Source of the DNA: Chrysemys picta bellii | Lineage: Eukaryota | Length of the DNA: 64,000 bases | Direction of reading: 5' to 3' | Assembly: GCF_011386835.1 (NCBI RefSeq) | Contig: NC_088802.1 | Coordinates: 43,152,001-43,216,000, forward strand | Shown: piece by piece, positions 48,766 through 62,551 of the stretch | Layout: every line of letters begins with the position of its first letter | How positions within the stretch are numbered: the first letter of the stretch is position 1 | Translations under genes and position numbers: made by a program | The notes under the pieces: generated by a model | Told to the model about the DNA's origin: nothing | Database searches by the model: none | What the model saw: only the letters and a program-made list of their open reading frames with translations

Positions 48766-50853
48766 TCCTGTTGCCCCATATCCATGATTCCCTGCTTCTC
48801 TGCTCATGTCTCCCCCTCTGTCTAATGCTCCCATGCCCACTCCATGCCCTCCCACTCCCTATCCAGTTCCCTCTCCCCTTCTGTGCCCGTGCCCCTGGCA
48901 CCCACTTTCTGTCATCACCACCAACTTGCATGAAAAGAAAACCTCTTAGCAGCATGATGGGCTGGCTATACAGGTGTTTTCTCTGTGTGTAGACAGAGCC
49001 TTCTGATCTCTCGCAGAAGGAAATGATTATATATGCAGTTATTATCATGCTAGTTGTTTTATAAATAATGTACCAAGCATCTGCCTGGAATAGGGCTTTC
49101 TAGTGCATTTGGGGTTTTATCCCATGTGTCTGTTTGTCCTTACTGCCCATTTCTGAGTCCCTGTCAGGTTATCTAATAGCCTGATGCTTTCTCTGCTGCC
49201 TTTCCCCCCTTCCTGCCCCCACCTAGAGTCATGCACAGTGTTTCCTCATTGCTTTTAAATCGAAAGTCTCTAATCATTTCTGAGTATGTACTTGACCTGT
49301 CTTGTGCCTATCCCCTCTTCTCCCAGTGCCTGCCGGCTATTCCACCTACTCGCCCCACTCAGTTTTGGCTTGTTCTCTCTCTCACTGCCTGGCTTTCTTC
49401 CCCATTCTCTGTCTGTCTCCCTGTCACTCTCTCCCTGTCTCTTTCCTGCCACTGACTTCCTGTCGCTTCTCTGCTCAACTGTGCAGTCCATCCCTGTCGC
49501 TGAAGGGGATTGCCTGCTTATGGGGTAATACCAAGGAGGAACTTACTCTGTAGACTGGCTCTCTGCCAAAGCTGGAAGGGGAAGGGGAGATGGGTTGTTA
49601 TGTATTCACACTGGAGGAATAATTCTCCCCTCAAAATATCCCCACCAATAACTTGTCCAAATGAGGGTTCAGTGTGCTCATTGTGACTGTATGAGTGAAA
49701 CAGAAATCCAGAGCTGCAATTGCAGTGGGCACAACAGCAGGTCTGGCCTGTTATTTGGTGATTCATTTGTGAAGCCGGGAAATTCTTTACTCATTCCCCA
49801 CCTCCTCCAAACTATCAGTTCTTTGGCTATAAAAGGTCAGTATTCCCTTCTTCTCTAAATTTTCTTGTGCTTTGGAGTCTCATTTGCAAAGTATACTGTA
49901 CTAGGTGGTCACACACTTTGTAGCTTTTGTAGGCTGAGCTCCTTGCATTCCTCCATTCCCTTCCACAGGTTTCCTGTGTGCTGCTTTCCCATCCCCCTCT
50001 ATTTCAGGGATTCTCTGCAACCTCCTCTTGCCAGGGGCTCTGTATGATCCCCCATGCTCCCCCATTCTTCCTATGCCAGAGATCCCCATGCTTCCTCTGC
50101 CCCCCATGACTGGGGCCCCCTTCTTCTCCAATGCCAGAAGCTCTGTCCGCCCCCCCCCATTGCCCCCTCAACCACATGCCAGGAGCTCTGTCTGTCCCAA
50201 CTCCCCCCAGACCATTGTCCCCCATTTTTCTCCACTGTAGCAGGGATTCTGTGGGCCCTCCAATTTCCATGACCTTTATGTCCCGTTCCCCCATTCTGCC
50301 CTCCCATACTAAATGCTCTGTGTGCTCCCCCTACTCGTCCATGTGAGGAGCTCTGTGTGTTCCTTTATACTGCCCTTCCGCACACCATTATTATTTCTGT
50401 CTGGGAGGGAACGGGAAGTCATTCAGGGTGTCAACATGTTAAACTCTATTGGGAGGATGGACAGAGATGAGATGGGGGAGATAGTTTTGCTGGAAAGTGT
50501 TAATTGGTGTCATCAACTAGTTCTTGGATCTATAGACAATGACAGAGGTGGTTGAAGCAGTTGGGTCTCTTGACTAGCTGGAAGGAGCTCCATGTGCCTA
50601 CCATTTCCTCCTTCCAGTTTTCTGATTTTCACCTGAAACAATAGGATTCTGCCCACTGATGCCTAGAACATACCCTGAAATTTTAGAATAGATCAGGTGC
50701 ACCATTCAAAGTTATTGTAATAGATAGATGACAGAGAAATGCCATCAAGTTGAATGTCAGACCTCTCTTCGCTTGGCCAATTACAATGTGCTATTTGTCA
50801 TAGTCCACACCTATAGGAATTTCTCCATTAAATCAGTCATACCTAATACGTAT

Positions 50854-50986
50854 TGTTGTAGCCATGTTGGTCCCAGGATATCAGAGAAAAAAAGTGGGTG
50901 AGGTAATATCTTTTATTGGACCAACTTCTGTTAGTGAAAGAGACAAGCTTTCGAGCTACAACCTCACCCACCCTGTCTCTCTGATA
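50854..50986. mobile_element. Terminal-repeat remnant of a second Penelope-like family, with inversion
   Basis: Minus strand reads agctcgaaagcttgtctctttcactaacagaagttggtccaataaaagatattacctcacccac; ends in an inverted copy acctcacccaccctgtctctctgata. Confidence 0.6.
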
Positions 50987-53984
50987 TGTTATTCAGTCAT
51001 GTTACACCAGGGGGAAACCCCTGCCTTATTCAGAGCTATCATTTCACAGTAGGAGTTACAGGCTTCAGATGAAATAAATAGAGTTTGTCTTTTAAAAAGA
51101 TTTTATAACAGGAACTGTTACAGGCTTCAATATTTGGAATAATATTTTTAAGGGCAAGTCACTCTATTCACAGAATCCTGGAAGTTTAAGATAGAAAAAG
51201 TCTTGGTTAGTCCATCTCCCAGCGAGTGCTGAACAGTTCCCAATTGTACGTTATTCTATCCAATCTGACTTTTTTTTGTGTTCCATGTTTGTACGGCGTC
51301 TAGCACAATGCGGTCCTGCTCCATGAGTGAGGCTCTTAGGTGCTACTGCAATATAAATAAATAATAATAATGGTAATCATTTGTTTTTAAATGTTTCAAG
51401 GTCTGGGGCTTCCACCACTTCCCTTAGGGAGACTACTCCACAAGCTATTAGATCTTACTGCCTAGATTTTTCCCTTTCTTTATTTCATCCCATCCCACTT
51501 CTTTATTTATTTGTGTTACAGTGGGCCTAAAAGCCTCAACCAGGGTCCAGTACTGTACAAATGTAGAACAGAACATAGTCCCTCCCCTATAGAGTTTACA
51601 ATCTAAAATCTATTACTCCTACTTGTATCGTCATATATTAGCTTAAATAATTCCTCTTCCACCATGGTGTTTACACTATTCAAATAGGTGTAGAATGTTA
51701 TCATCTATCTCTGTAATTATGTCAGTTGTTTTTAGCTATTCGTCTTTCCTTGTAAATCATTTCTTCCTGCCTGCTCATCATTTTGGCTGATCTTGTGAGC
51801 TCCTCACAATGTGTCAGTATCTTTCTGGCAATGTATTAATTGTAGCCAGTGACATACTCAGAAACACCCAGTCTCTCTCTTTTTCTCTCCCCAAAGAGAA
51901 CTGATTAATGGAATACAGATCATGTATGAAAATATGTCTAATATGAAGGAAATTTTAGGTTGAGTAGCAGGAAAAGCTTCCCAACAGTTTGAATGTTCAG
52001 ACTGTGAAAGTTGAGGGAGTGGTTGTCCTATGGCTTGGTCACTTACAACTAGATAGGGATATCACTAACTTCGGTGAGCCTGATTGGGGGCTGAGGAGAG
52101 GGCACATTTTTCATGGGACATAAGTGCGCTTGAAAGGATAATTTTTTTATCGGTAAATGTCGATTTCACCTCACATGCACAAACTGACAAAAATATTTCC
52201 ATGGATGGTAATTGAAATGTACAGAGAGGCAAAGTAAGAAAAACACTGCTTGAGAACAGAATAGAGTTTGATTTAAGGATATTTACTTTGTATATTTTGA
52301 CATGTAATATTTAAAATTTGCATTTTAATAGTTCTAAAGCTTTACCTTTTTGAATGGCAGTGTCTACTGTCTTTTAATAATTATTGTCTGATGACCCATA
52401 TTGTCTGACGCTCCCCATAATTTCCCATAAGTGTGAACATTTAAATCAGTAAAAATAGAAAAGCTTAAAAATAAACATCAATATTATCCGTCTTAATTAT
52501 CAACAAAAATGAAAATGGAATATGCCAAGCCTCGATATGAGACTTGAATGTTGCTTCCTAATTTAAAAAAATAAGTTTCTGCTTGATCACTGGTACAGTG
52601 ACTCATGCTGGGCTGATTATAGAATCCTCCCATTGTAGAGGAGCATAATTTGTTTTCCATTGGCCATTGAAGAAATGTATGTGGGCTAGTGGGGGGAGTC
52701 CGGGTGTCTTTGCCAAATGACACTCCCTCCCTCAGGGAAGCGGAGTTTTGGGAGGAAAAGGTCACAATGGAGATATGCAGGAGAGGTACCTGTTGCCTTG
52801 TGGCCGTTCTGTTGGATAAAGGTGAGGGGAATGTGTGCCATTGTATAACTCTTCATTACTTCGTGGTAATTGTGTGATTATGGGAGTGGGAAACTTGGCT
52901 AGGAAGCTGAATTACTTAGACTGTTTTTCTGATAACTTTCTATAAAAAAAAGGGGTGTTGTGTCAGATGCGAAGCCAGAGGATGTACCCATTGTGTCCTC
53001 GCTGAAGGAAGGGGCAAAATCCATACAGCAGTATGGACCAACCTCCCACGTCAAGTAAAGGACAGAACATGACTTGTGTTACCAGGAATTTTCTGAATCA
53101 GTGGCACTTGCCCTTCAACTGAGCGGCAGAGCCATTCTGTCATCAGATGGGAGTCACAGCTTCCAGTCCTCACACTGCAGCGGGAGATGTGCTTCAATAT
53201 GTGATGACCCAGCATCTTTATCCTCTCTCCCCTCCCACTTTTGGCTGCTGGGATGACAGCGCTCTTCCTCTCCCTGCATGCGGTTCCACCTCCAGCCTTA
53301 GCTGAAATGGGAAGGGGAGGTTAATAAATGAATCTCAGTTGCTCCCATACAGCTGGATCCTTTTACTTAACACTCCCTGCTCAGTCTGGCGCTCACATAC
53401 AAGGTAGCTTATTTATATTATAGTTACCTCCATGATGTGCTCGACACTGTCCACACATATAGTAAATATATAGTGTACTGCCCCAGAGAGCTCATAATCT
53501 AAGAAGAGGGAGGGGGAAGAGAGATAAAGCCTACTATATCTGTGTGTGTAAATAATATCAACTATTTCCATGTTATCACCAGTTAGCATTCTGCTTATTC
53601 TACCTGGGGTACAGAGAGAGTGAGAACACCAGACACATAGCTGCTAGGAGCTGAGGATCCCAATTCAAGCCCTCAATCTGGTAATGGGCATCTAGAATAT
53701 TGGCTTGTAAGTTTTCCTTCTTTCAGCAGAGAAGTAAAACAGTGAAAATATGAATAATTTATTAGACCATTTCAATTCTCTGTTCCCCAGGGTTCCAAAG
53801 CATTGTTATATAAATGAAATAGGCACCCTTGGTTTACAGCTGAGTGTCACCTCATTAGTGTTTCAGGATTTAGAACAGCAAAGGAATGTTGAGTGGCTTT
53901 GACACTCAGATCAGGTATGAGACAACATTATTATACCATCAGATGTGACCCAAATGTTTCAGTGTCTAAAAGCCAAGGGACTGG

Positions 53985-54320
53985 ATGGTGATGGGATTGT
54001 GGTAGTGTTATAGAGCCCTTTCCTCTAGGTGCTGGTTCTGATCTACCGAGGGCTGTTCAGGGCCCTATGTGTAATCAGTTGATAAGTTTTAGTTTGTGTC
54101 CTAGTAGACCAAGTGTTCACGTGAAATCTGCTTCCACAACAGGTGCTATCTGGATCCTTGTTTGGCAGTATTAACAGAGGCGCCAAGGACTGAGAACCCT
54201 GAGGAGTAAATCTCTCCTCCTAGAGGTGATCCTTCCAGATCACGGTTGAGGCACATTAATGAGGCAAAGTGGGGAAGCTTGTTCTGCTGTTGCCTGCACT
54301 TTACCTGCTCTGTAAACAGA
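53985..54320 (+). mobile_element. LF-SINE-like fragment
   Basis: Shares ctctagg-tgctggtt, gtgtaatcagttg and ggcagtattaacagagg...gccaaggactga blocks with other copies; boundaries approximate. Confidence 0.55.
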
Positions 54321-56349
54321 GGACTTCACTCTCCAGGCCAGGACAGAATTTCTGATAGAGCATGTTGACATCTATGAAATAGGATATCATACAGGTATCA
54401 CATTGATATTTATAGGGGGTGATTTCCTTATGTGGAATGTAAACTCCCCCTAATGACGTCTCTCTTCTTGTTGGAATTGACTATCATGAGAGTTCTGAAT
54501 ATAAAACAACAAGGCTTGTGAGGTGTCTCCAAGCCTAAACTGAGAATATTCAACCCTCTGAGATTCCAAGACATGTTGGGAGAAGTCATTCAAGTTAAAA
54601 AGCAGAGCAGCTTTAAAATTAGTGACTACCGTGGAAATGTCATTTATGTTTCATTGCCCAGACCAGATCTCCCTCCTGGTGTCAGAATGCGCTGCCACCC
54701 AAATGTCCATTGGTTGAAAGGAATTAGTTGTGTTTTTTTGTAATAATAGAACATCCCATTGTATATTTCTTAAGTCTGCATTGTGCAAAGAGCAGCACAA
54801 GCTGGTGGCATTAGCAATGGAAGGGTGCTTTGGTACTCAGCCATACAGAATGCTGATTTGCTTGCATGAAGATAGCAGGCTGTCTTGTAAGCCCGGTTTT
54901 TCATGCTGCTGTCATGGTGTCTAGAAATTAAGGGCATGGTAATAAGATTATAGTGTTTTTAACAAATACGTGTCACTGCAGCAACTACATTTTTAACTAA
55001 ACTTTCTTGAGTTTAAAACACAGCTCGGTAGCTTAATTTAAAGACCAAGGGAAGCAGCTTTGTGGTATGTGCCCTTTTGCTCGCCCAGTGTCCCATAGAA
55101 GCCACTGGGGCTCAACCTGGGCACAGGGATCCACATATGTGAAGCATCTCACAAGATTGGGGCCTGTGAGATGATGGGAGCATTTTTCTGGGGAAAGCAA
55201 AGCCAAGCAAACACTGTAGGAATACAACAGCAAGAGGGTTCGGCTGCACTTTAAAACAGAAGTTTCAGTGCAGTCGTTTGACAATTGTTGTATTTATGCC
55301 AGTGGACCGGTGGAAGGATGTGTTTGAAATTAATGCTGATATTTAATGACAGTTTGTCGTGTAGTGTGCACTTAAACTTATTCTTTTACATTTGCATTTA
55401 AGACTACGGTACATGCACGTATACCTCCTTTCACTATGGTTTGATTTGCTGTAGTTCAGCTGGATTTGTAACATATTTTTTTTCCCTTGGTATTGATTCC
55501 TGCTGTTGATAACTTAGTCATTGGGGGAAGGAGAGAGTCCGGATTGGTCATGCAAAACTGCAGCAAACAAATTTCCGCTCTACTACATCATGCCTCAGTT
55601 GGCTCTGCTGTAAAATTAGGTTGAAGCAGGAGCCTCTGCCACTGAAAACCCATTGCTGTCTCTGAGTTGACCTATCTGGAGCAGATAAATTCTTAACAAA
55701 AATAGATCTCAGTAGCTTCAGTATTCTGCAATCTGCTTCTCTGTGAGCTAGGGAGTATCCCAAAGTAAGGGTTTGGCAAACTGGATTGTGAATCTCATTT
55801 CCAGTAAGAAATGCAAAGGCAGCTAATAAATTCTGTGGTATTCCAAGAACAAGGCATCAAAGGTAAAGGATCTATGTACTGTGTTAAACCCCAGATCCTG
55901 CAATTTGTACACATGCAAAACTCCCAGTGACTGCAAAGGGAGATTTGCATACAACAGGACTGAAGGCTCTGGCCCTAAGTAGTTCAATATTATAAATGGA
56001 CAAAGGGGAGAAAGACAACATTGCAAGCCTGCCTAGCTGGGGTAAGACTGTGAGGCTGTTCTCTTCTGTTCAGTAACTAGAAAATACTGAATCTGTAAGT
56101 ACTTGAGCTTCATTGCCTGGTTCTGCAAAGAACTGTGTTAGGTGTTTTGCTAATTTTGGAGTGGCCTGATTTGACTTTGACACTCCTTCCTGACTAAGCA
56201 CCCACAGATATATGGGAATGGAAATTGTGAACTCATTTCTCAGTTTTGATGGGCGGCAATTGACACTTCTCCCTCGGAAAGGCCAATTAATCTGCTTCTT
56301 GTTGTGTTTTGATAATGTGTGTTCTCTATTTTTATTCTTTTTACTAAAG

Positions 56350-56434
56350 ATAAAGCCACCAACCCGTCTAACAGGCAAGAAGATTGGGAGTACATCATTG
56401 GGTTCTGTGACCAGATCAACAAAGAACTTGAAGG
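56350..56434 (+). CDS. GGA3: GGA3 coding exon 2 (VHS domain)
   Basis: (N)KATNPSNRQEDWEYIIGFCDQINKELE(G); taaag| and |gtgtgt; 85 bp. Confidence 0.95.
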
Positions 56435-56783
56435 GTGTGTGTCCAAGTCTGTCAGACTTAGTGTCGTATTTTAACATTCTCAATTGAAAAAAAAATTTAT
56501 GTCCAGGTGTTGATGTTTTATATTTGTAAAGTATGCTGATATTACAAGGAAAACATGAACATAAAGGAAGCAGGGTAATGTGGAAGCATATAGCAAAGCG
56601 CTTCCTCTTTGAAAAGCAACATGATCTGAGCACAGGATTGGGTGCCAGGAAAACATGAGTTCTAAACCTGCCTTTGACACTGACTGCTTCTCTGGCCTTG
56701 GGAATCTTTCCTAACCTCTCTGCCTCAATTTCTCAATCTGTAAAATGGGGATAATAATCCTTATCATTTATTTTCATAGACTA

Positions 56784-57025
56784 TTTCATAGAATCATAGG
56801 ACTGGAAGGGACCTCAAGAGTTGTTCTAGTCCAGTCCCCTGCACTCAAGGCAAGACTAAGTATTTATCTAGACCCACCCTGACAGGTGTTTGTCTAACCT
56901 GCTCTTAACCTCCAATGATAGAGAGTCCACAACCTCCCAAGGCAATTTATTCCAGTGTTTAACTACCATGGTAGTTAGGAAGTTTTTCCTAATGTCCAAC
57001 CTACACCTCCCTTGCTGCAATTTGT
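56784..57025 (-). mobile_element. CR1 LINE 3' fragment
   Basis: tttcatagaatcataggactggaagggacctcaagag tail, matching the other CR1 copies. Confidence 0.85.
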
Positions 57026-57516
57026 ATATATTGAGTGATCTCCATTCTGACTAAGCCATTCACAAGTTGATATAAGGCGTTACATCTTTAAAAAACTTTA
57101 TAAACAATAACTAACGAACCCTCATGAGTCATGGCACTCCTGCAAAGTAGGAAAGTATTATTCTACCGCAGACAAAGCAAAATGAGGCACAGAGAAGGTT
57201 CAAGGCCACACCATGAAACATTCACTGAAGCAGGATTAGATCTCAGGAATTCCTGGTTACCAATCTCATGCACAGCCCATATGCACTAGACTATATTCCC
57301 TTTTTAAATGTGTAAACACCCCAGTTTACATAGATGCTGTGAGGATTATTTTGTTAAAGTGCTTTGAAGATATCAAGCTATAGAAGGGCAAAGTGACATT
57401 TCCTTTTAATTTTGTGATACCCTACTTGTCTAATCAGAAGATTTTGTGAAAGTCTAGAAAGTCCTAAAATCCCTGTGTCTGTTTTATTTATAATGTGGCA
57501 CCTTGGTTTGTTTCAG

Positions 57517-57592
57517 TCCACAGATAGCTGTGAGACTACTGGCTCATAAAATCCAGTCACCTCAGGAATGGGAGGCAGTCCAGGCCTTGACA
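57517..57592 (+). CDS. GGA3: GGA3 coding exon 3
   Basis: PQIAVRLLAHKIQSPQEWEAVQALT; tttcag| and |gtaagt; 76 bp. Confidence 0.96.
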
Positions 57593-58165
57593 GTAAGTAG
57601 TCCTTACCTCCTCTCTCAAAGCCCAGAGCCAAGCTGGGCTCTTCAGTGTGGAATTTAAGGGGTGGGGGGGTGATACCTCCTGTTCAGTGGGGTTATCTAG
57701 TACCATCTTTCCTGTGCTCACTGAAACTGACACAGTCAACTCCTTAATTCTCCTTCTCTGCAAGGGGATGAAGACTGAGAAAAAAGGATATTTGACTCGT
57801 GTAACTGAAGCATGGAGTTAGTTTACTAATTGCACTGGAGCCAGAAAATCTCAGTTTCACTCTTGATCCTTTTGTTTGTTACCTTCAGGGAGGTTTTTTC
57901 CCCCCACCGCTGCCACTTCCCAGGAGATGGCTTCTCAGCGTGCTCTGTCGAGATTGGGGAAGCTGCCTGTTTCGATAACTTCACAGTTAAAGAAGTGGGG
58001 TTCAAGCCTTGTGTCCTTGGGCGGAAGTTCCTCTATCTCAATGAAATGTGACCCTTACCTGTCACCTGTTCTAGCTGGGGCCTCCCTTAGAGGAAAGCAG
58101 CTGTGTTATTTCTCTGGGTTTGGGGTGTGTTGATTTCACCGCCTGTTTCTATTGCTTGAACACAG

Positions 58166-58264
58166 GTGCTGGAAGCTTGTATGAAGAACTGTGGGAGAAG
58201 ATTTCATAATGAAGTAGGGAAGTTTCGGTTTTTAAACGAGTTAATAAAAGTTGTGTCTCCAAAG
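58166..58264 (+). CDS. GGA3: GGA3 coding exon 4
   Basis: VLEACMKNCGRRFHNEVGKFRFLNELIKVVSPK; cacag| and |gtcagt; 99 bp. Confidence 0.96.
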
Positions 58265-59308
58265 GTCAGTCTTTAAGCTATTTTCTATCCCTCTGTGTAA
58301 CAGTCTGGTCTTTCTAAAACCACAAGTAGCTCCCAAAGCGTGCAGCACGTTATCTGCCTCACTGTGTGAATTAGTCTGTAGCTTTTGTTTGCTGGGTGTT
58401 TGCACTCTGATTACTAGCTCTCTCAGCAAGCAGCAGTTGTTTTCCCATTGCTTGTGCAATACTTAGCATTGCTCATTTCCTTAATGTGGTGCAAGGACTT
58501 TTAGACCTTGTGTTACTCATTTTGTTGAAACATGATCATCAGCAGGGAGGAATTGTGATTCAATGGTTAGAGCAAGGAACTAGGAGTTGGGGCTCCTGGA
58601 TTTGGTTCCTGGGTCTGCTACTGACTTGCTGTGTTGTCTTAGACAAGTCGCTTAATCTCTCTGTGCATCAGTATGGCAGGCAGATAATCTTATGTACCTT
58701 ATAGGGATATTTTGGGGCTTGATTCATGTTTGGAAAGCATTTTGAGATTCTTTGGTGAAAGATGATGTCAGAGCAAAGTATTATCATCACCATCATTTTC
58801 TTAAGACAAAAGCAACTGGACACTAACAGGAAGTTTGATCCGTCTTCCATTGAAGTCACTGGCAAAGCACCTACTGATTTCACTGTGGGGAGGATTGGGC
58901 CCAGAGCATCCCATTTAGCTGTGGTATAACTCCAAACTGAATTTGGCTCATGTTGTCTCAGGCAGATGGAGATAAGATGATGTTTTATCATGAAACACAA
59001 TGTAAATGTTACTTTAAAGAGGTGAGGGAAGTTTTTGTCTTGGTGAACTGCATCTTGTATCAATGTAGTTAATGATGAGTGCTCCTGGCCATCTGTGTTA
59101 TGAAACTGTATCCCAGATCAGCACAGACAGGATATTTATAGTCCCATCTAATGTGAAAACAGACTTTAATGAGCACCCAATGAATTCCCATATTGAGTGT
59201 TGGTTTATTTATTTCTTTATTTTTTTTACAAAGAAAAGAGAGCGAGAGAGAGATTGACATGTTTTTCTTTCTCTCTCCCCCTGCCCTCCTTCCCCCCCCT
59301 TCCCCCAG

Positions 59309-59432
59309 TACCTGGGAGACAGAGTCTCAGAGAAGGTGAAAACCAAAGTTATTGAGTTGCTGTATAGCTGGACAGTAGCACTGCCAGAGGAATCCAAAAT
59401 CAAAGATGCCTACTACATGCTGAAGAGACAAG
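59309..59432 (+). CDS. GGA3: GGA3 coding exon 5
   Basis: YLGDRVSEKVKTKVIELLYSWTVALPEESKIKDAYYMLKRQ; ccccag| and |gtggga; 124 bp. Confidence 0.96.
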
Positions 59433-59553
59433 GTGGGAAGCAGCTTCTCATTCTTGCACCCTACATTTTTAAGCAGGAATGTCACAAAGAGGGGACACTC
59501 AAGAAGGCAGCCTCTATCTGGGGGCAGGACTTGTTCAATCAGATGGTAGAAAA

Positions 59554-59821
59554 GACCTTGTCTACATGAGAATTTTACACTGGTTTAACTTAAATTGGTT
59601 TTTAAGCTGATTTAGTTAGTGCAAACCCCTGTGTAGACACTTGTATTTTAGTTTGAGTGGCTTATCTTGATTTAGCTTAAGCTGATTCCTAATCAATTTA
59701 AACTAAACAAGCCTGGTTTAAACCAAAATGAGAGCATCCGCACAGCCTCATGCACCAGCATAACTAAATTGCTTTAAAATTGCACTTTAAACTGGTGCAA
59801 CTTTTTCACATAGGCAAGGCC
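59554..59821. mobile_element. Harbinger-like MITE
   Basis: Imperfect TIRs gaccttgtctacatg / cacataggcaaggcc with an internally palindromic AT-rich body. Confidence 0.5.
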
Positions 59822-60431
59822 TAAAGCGCTCAGAAGAGACGCTCATAGCTTCAGCACAGAGAGTCTGCCTTCAGAAGCCTCTATGAGTATAATGCAAAGT
59901 TAAGGATTTTGTGGTGGGGCCTGGCCATGAAACTTGATCCTTTCTCCAACTATTGGCTAGGAGTCTGTGGATACCACATTCTGCATTATTGTTCTCCGCT
60001 TGTCTGCTCTGCCTCCCAAGCTGAAGATATACATGGCTTTGGGTTTGCACAAAGCAGGATTACATGGGACCTTACATTGGGGTTCCCAGGCCAATGTGAA
60101 AGGAGAAAGACCCAGAGTGGAGAGCTATTGATTATACCTGTCGGGTACAGAAACTGTAAGGATGTGGCAAACTAACCCTTGGAGTGTTGGCCTTTCCCTA
60201 AGGAAAACATCCCTCAGTTCACCAGATAACATGCCCAGGGATTTTGCTGCTGTATTAATCCTCACTGAAATATCCTTCCATCCCAGTGTTCAAAGAGCTG
60301 GGCTGCATGTTCCCTCTGAACCCAGTATGCGAACAGCAGCGCTGCACCCTCTCTGTGCTGCCTGTATGCAGATAGTAGCACTGTCCTGAGTGACTGCAGG
60401 TACAAACCTACTTTGTTTTCTCTTCTCTCAG

Positions 60432-60535
60432 GTATTGTTATGTGTGACCCTGTAATTCCAGTGGATAGAACCCTGATCCCCTCTCCACCACCTCGCCCCA
60501 AAAACCCTGTGTTTGATGATGAGGAGAAATCCAAG
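60432..60535 (+). CDS. GGA3: GGA3 coding exon 6
   Basis: (G)IVMCDPVIPVDRTLIPSPPPRPKNPVFDDEEKSK; ctctcag| and |gtaaag; 104 bp. Confidence 0.96.
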
Positions 60536-61092
60536 GTAAAGTGAAGGCTGGAATCTTAATACCCACCAACAAAACAGAACAACTTTAAGTAAAAGGAAGT
60601 GTTCTGACTCAGCTCTAATCTGCTGGTATGTGGGCCTGATTTCACTCGGACTGTGGGTTTGATTCTTACCACCTGGAGACTCAGAGTTGAAATCCTGAGT
60701 GAGAGACCATCTCAGTGTTGTCACTATCTGGCCATTTCTAGTTAAGTCGCTCTCCAACTGCTGCAATGGAGGAGAGGAAAAGCTTTTCACCTTTCTGCAC
60801 CGGGAGGAACTCTTGCCTAGTATCAGAAAGTCTCCAAGATCCCAGTGGGCTTGTACTGTATGTGAATGAAAATCTGGCAATTTAACAAAAAACAAAATAG
60901 CAAATCCATGAATGACTCCTACGGAAGTTACTGTTGCTGAAAATGCAAAGTAAGCTGCTTTGACCTCAGTCTGCTTTCTCTGAACTGCCCACTTCCCTTT
61001 CTCCAGTGCAGCAACCATTGGATACATGATCTTTCTGCCTCCCTTTAATAAGAGACTACTTTTTCCTAAAAAGTTCTCTTCTCTTCTTACAG

Positions 61093-61173
61093 CTTTTAGC
61101 CAAACTGTTAAAAAGCAAAAACCCAGATGACTTACAAGAGGCGAACAAGCTTATTAAATCAATGGTAAAAGAG
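61093..61173 (+). CDS. GGA3: GGA3 coding exon 7 (start of GAT domain)
   Basis: LLAKLLKSKNPDDLQEANKLIKSMVKE; ttacag| and |gtaaga; 81 bp. Confidence 0.96.
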
Positions 61174-61364
61174 GTAAGAAAAAGCAATAGAATTATTTAA
61201 GGAAACCCCTGTAGGAATTATCATTATCAGGGGCTTGCTTTGTCATTTGTAAACTTTTTAACACTAGCTGGTACATAGCTTTAGTGACTCGTGAATGGCG
61301 GAATCGCTGGATTTGTTCTTTCACAACTATTTAAACCGGCCTGCTCATCTGTGCTTGAAGCTTT

Positions 61365-61730
61365 AGGGACTGAATGACTCAAGGGAATTAGCAATGAGGT
61401 CTAAAACCTTTCACCTTTAGGGTTGTCAGTTCACATCCAGTCCGTAGTAACTGAAAGTTGATATCATCCAGTGGCTGTTGGGTGGGCTGTGTGAAATGAA
61501 TTTGTTGGTGAGTCTCATTCTGGGTCCCAGTTAACAGGTGTTTGCATCACGAAACCTCTATAGTTGGTTCCCTAGTTGGAAGATATAGCAGAAAGGGCAA
61601 GGATCAAATGGACCATGGGGAATGAACTACCTTCTCACCCCTCAAGGGGACAGTCTGCATCAAGGATTGGTGAGGGAGAAGCTTGAAGTGCTGCTGTCTT
61701 TGTAGGATCTGATCTGTGGATATAGAGGAC
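61365..61730 (+). mobile_element. LF-SINE-like element
   Basis: acctttcacctttagggttgtcagttcacatccag...aactgaaagttg...gtggctgtt...tgtgtgaaatgaatttgttggt closely follows the LF-SINE consensus as recalled. Confidence 0.6.
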
Positions 61731-62551
61731 TGTCTCTAGGGTTTTCAATCTGGCACTTATCGCAAGTTGTCTACATGCACATATATATCCCACCCTAACT
61801 ATTAATGAAATTGTGATGTGTCCATCCACTCCAGTATCCAGGTGTCATGGGGTTCAAGTGACCCAGTGTTGTTCTGGCAAGGAGAAATACAGTTTCTAAT
61901 TTGGAGAGAATACAAGTCACTGGAATCTCTTTTCTATATAAATTAGCCCTGTCCCCATGCAACTCTAGGCATCACATTGGAGGGGGTCTCCCTTATTTTT
62001 GGTGGAGAGCATGGATGCCTAATTAGAATGGGTTAGAAATTTTCTGACAGAATGTTTTTGGAATAGAAAATGTCCTTTTGTTGAAAGTGAATCCTTTTGC
62101 AGAAACGTGTTGATTTCAACAAAATTTTGTTAGGGAAAAAACAGAACGGAGCATTCCAATATTCCAATTCTAACTCTTCAGAACAGAATGCTTTGATTTT
62201 CTATTTTGAAATGCCTTTTTGTTTACTTTTTTAAAATTTTATATTGTGTAATATAACATTTTAAAAAGACAAAATTAGAACAAAACGTTTTAATTTTATT
62301 GGAACAAAACATTTCAGTTCACCCAAAACAATTTTGTTTTTCAATTTCTTTCACAAGAAGTTTTGAACTTTTTTTGGTTTTGTTCTGTGTCAGAATGGAA
62401 GGTTTTTTTGAAATGGCAGAATTTCCAGCAAAATAGAAAATCTGGTTCCTGCCCAGCTCTATTTCAAAAACACGTCAGCATTTCATCTGATGCGACTCAC
62501 AGCTGAGCTCCTGCTGTAGAGATCTGTGGGAAGACTCACTCTTCTCTTTTT

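Noticed and set aside
47472-49048. Long ORFs (211, 174, 148, 129 aa and others)
   Set aside because: Explained by the GGA3 CpG island and the minisatellite, which lack stop codons.
52966-53053. Open 88-nt segment between ag and gtaaag in GGA3 intron 1 as a cassette exon
   Set aside because: Weak splice sites, length not a multiple of three, peptide not recognised.
60428-61027. 199-aa ORF antisense to GGA3 exon 6 (likewise 187 aa at 56070-56633)
   Set aside because: Shadow frames overlapping real exons; no homology recognised.
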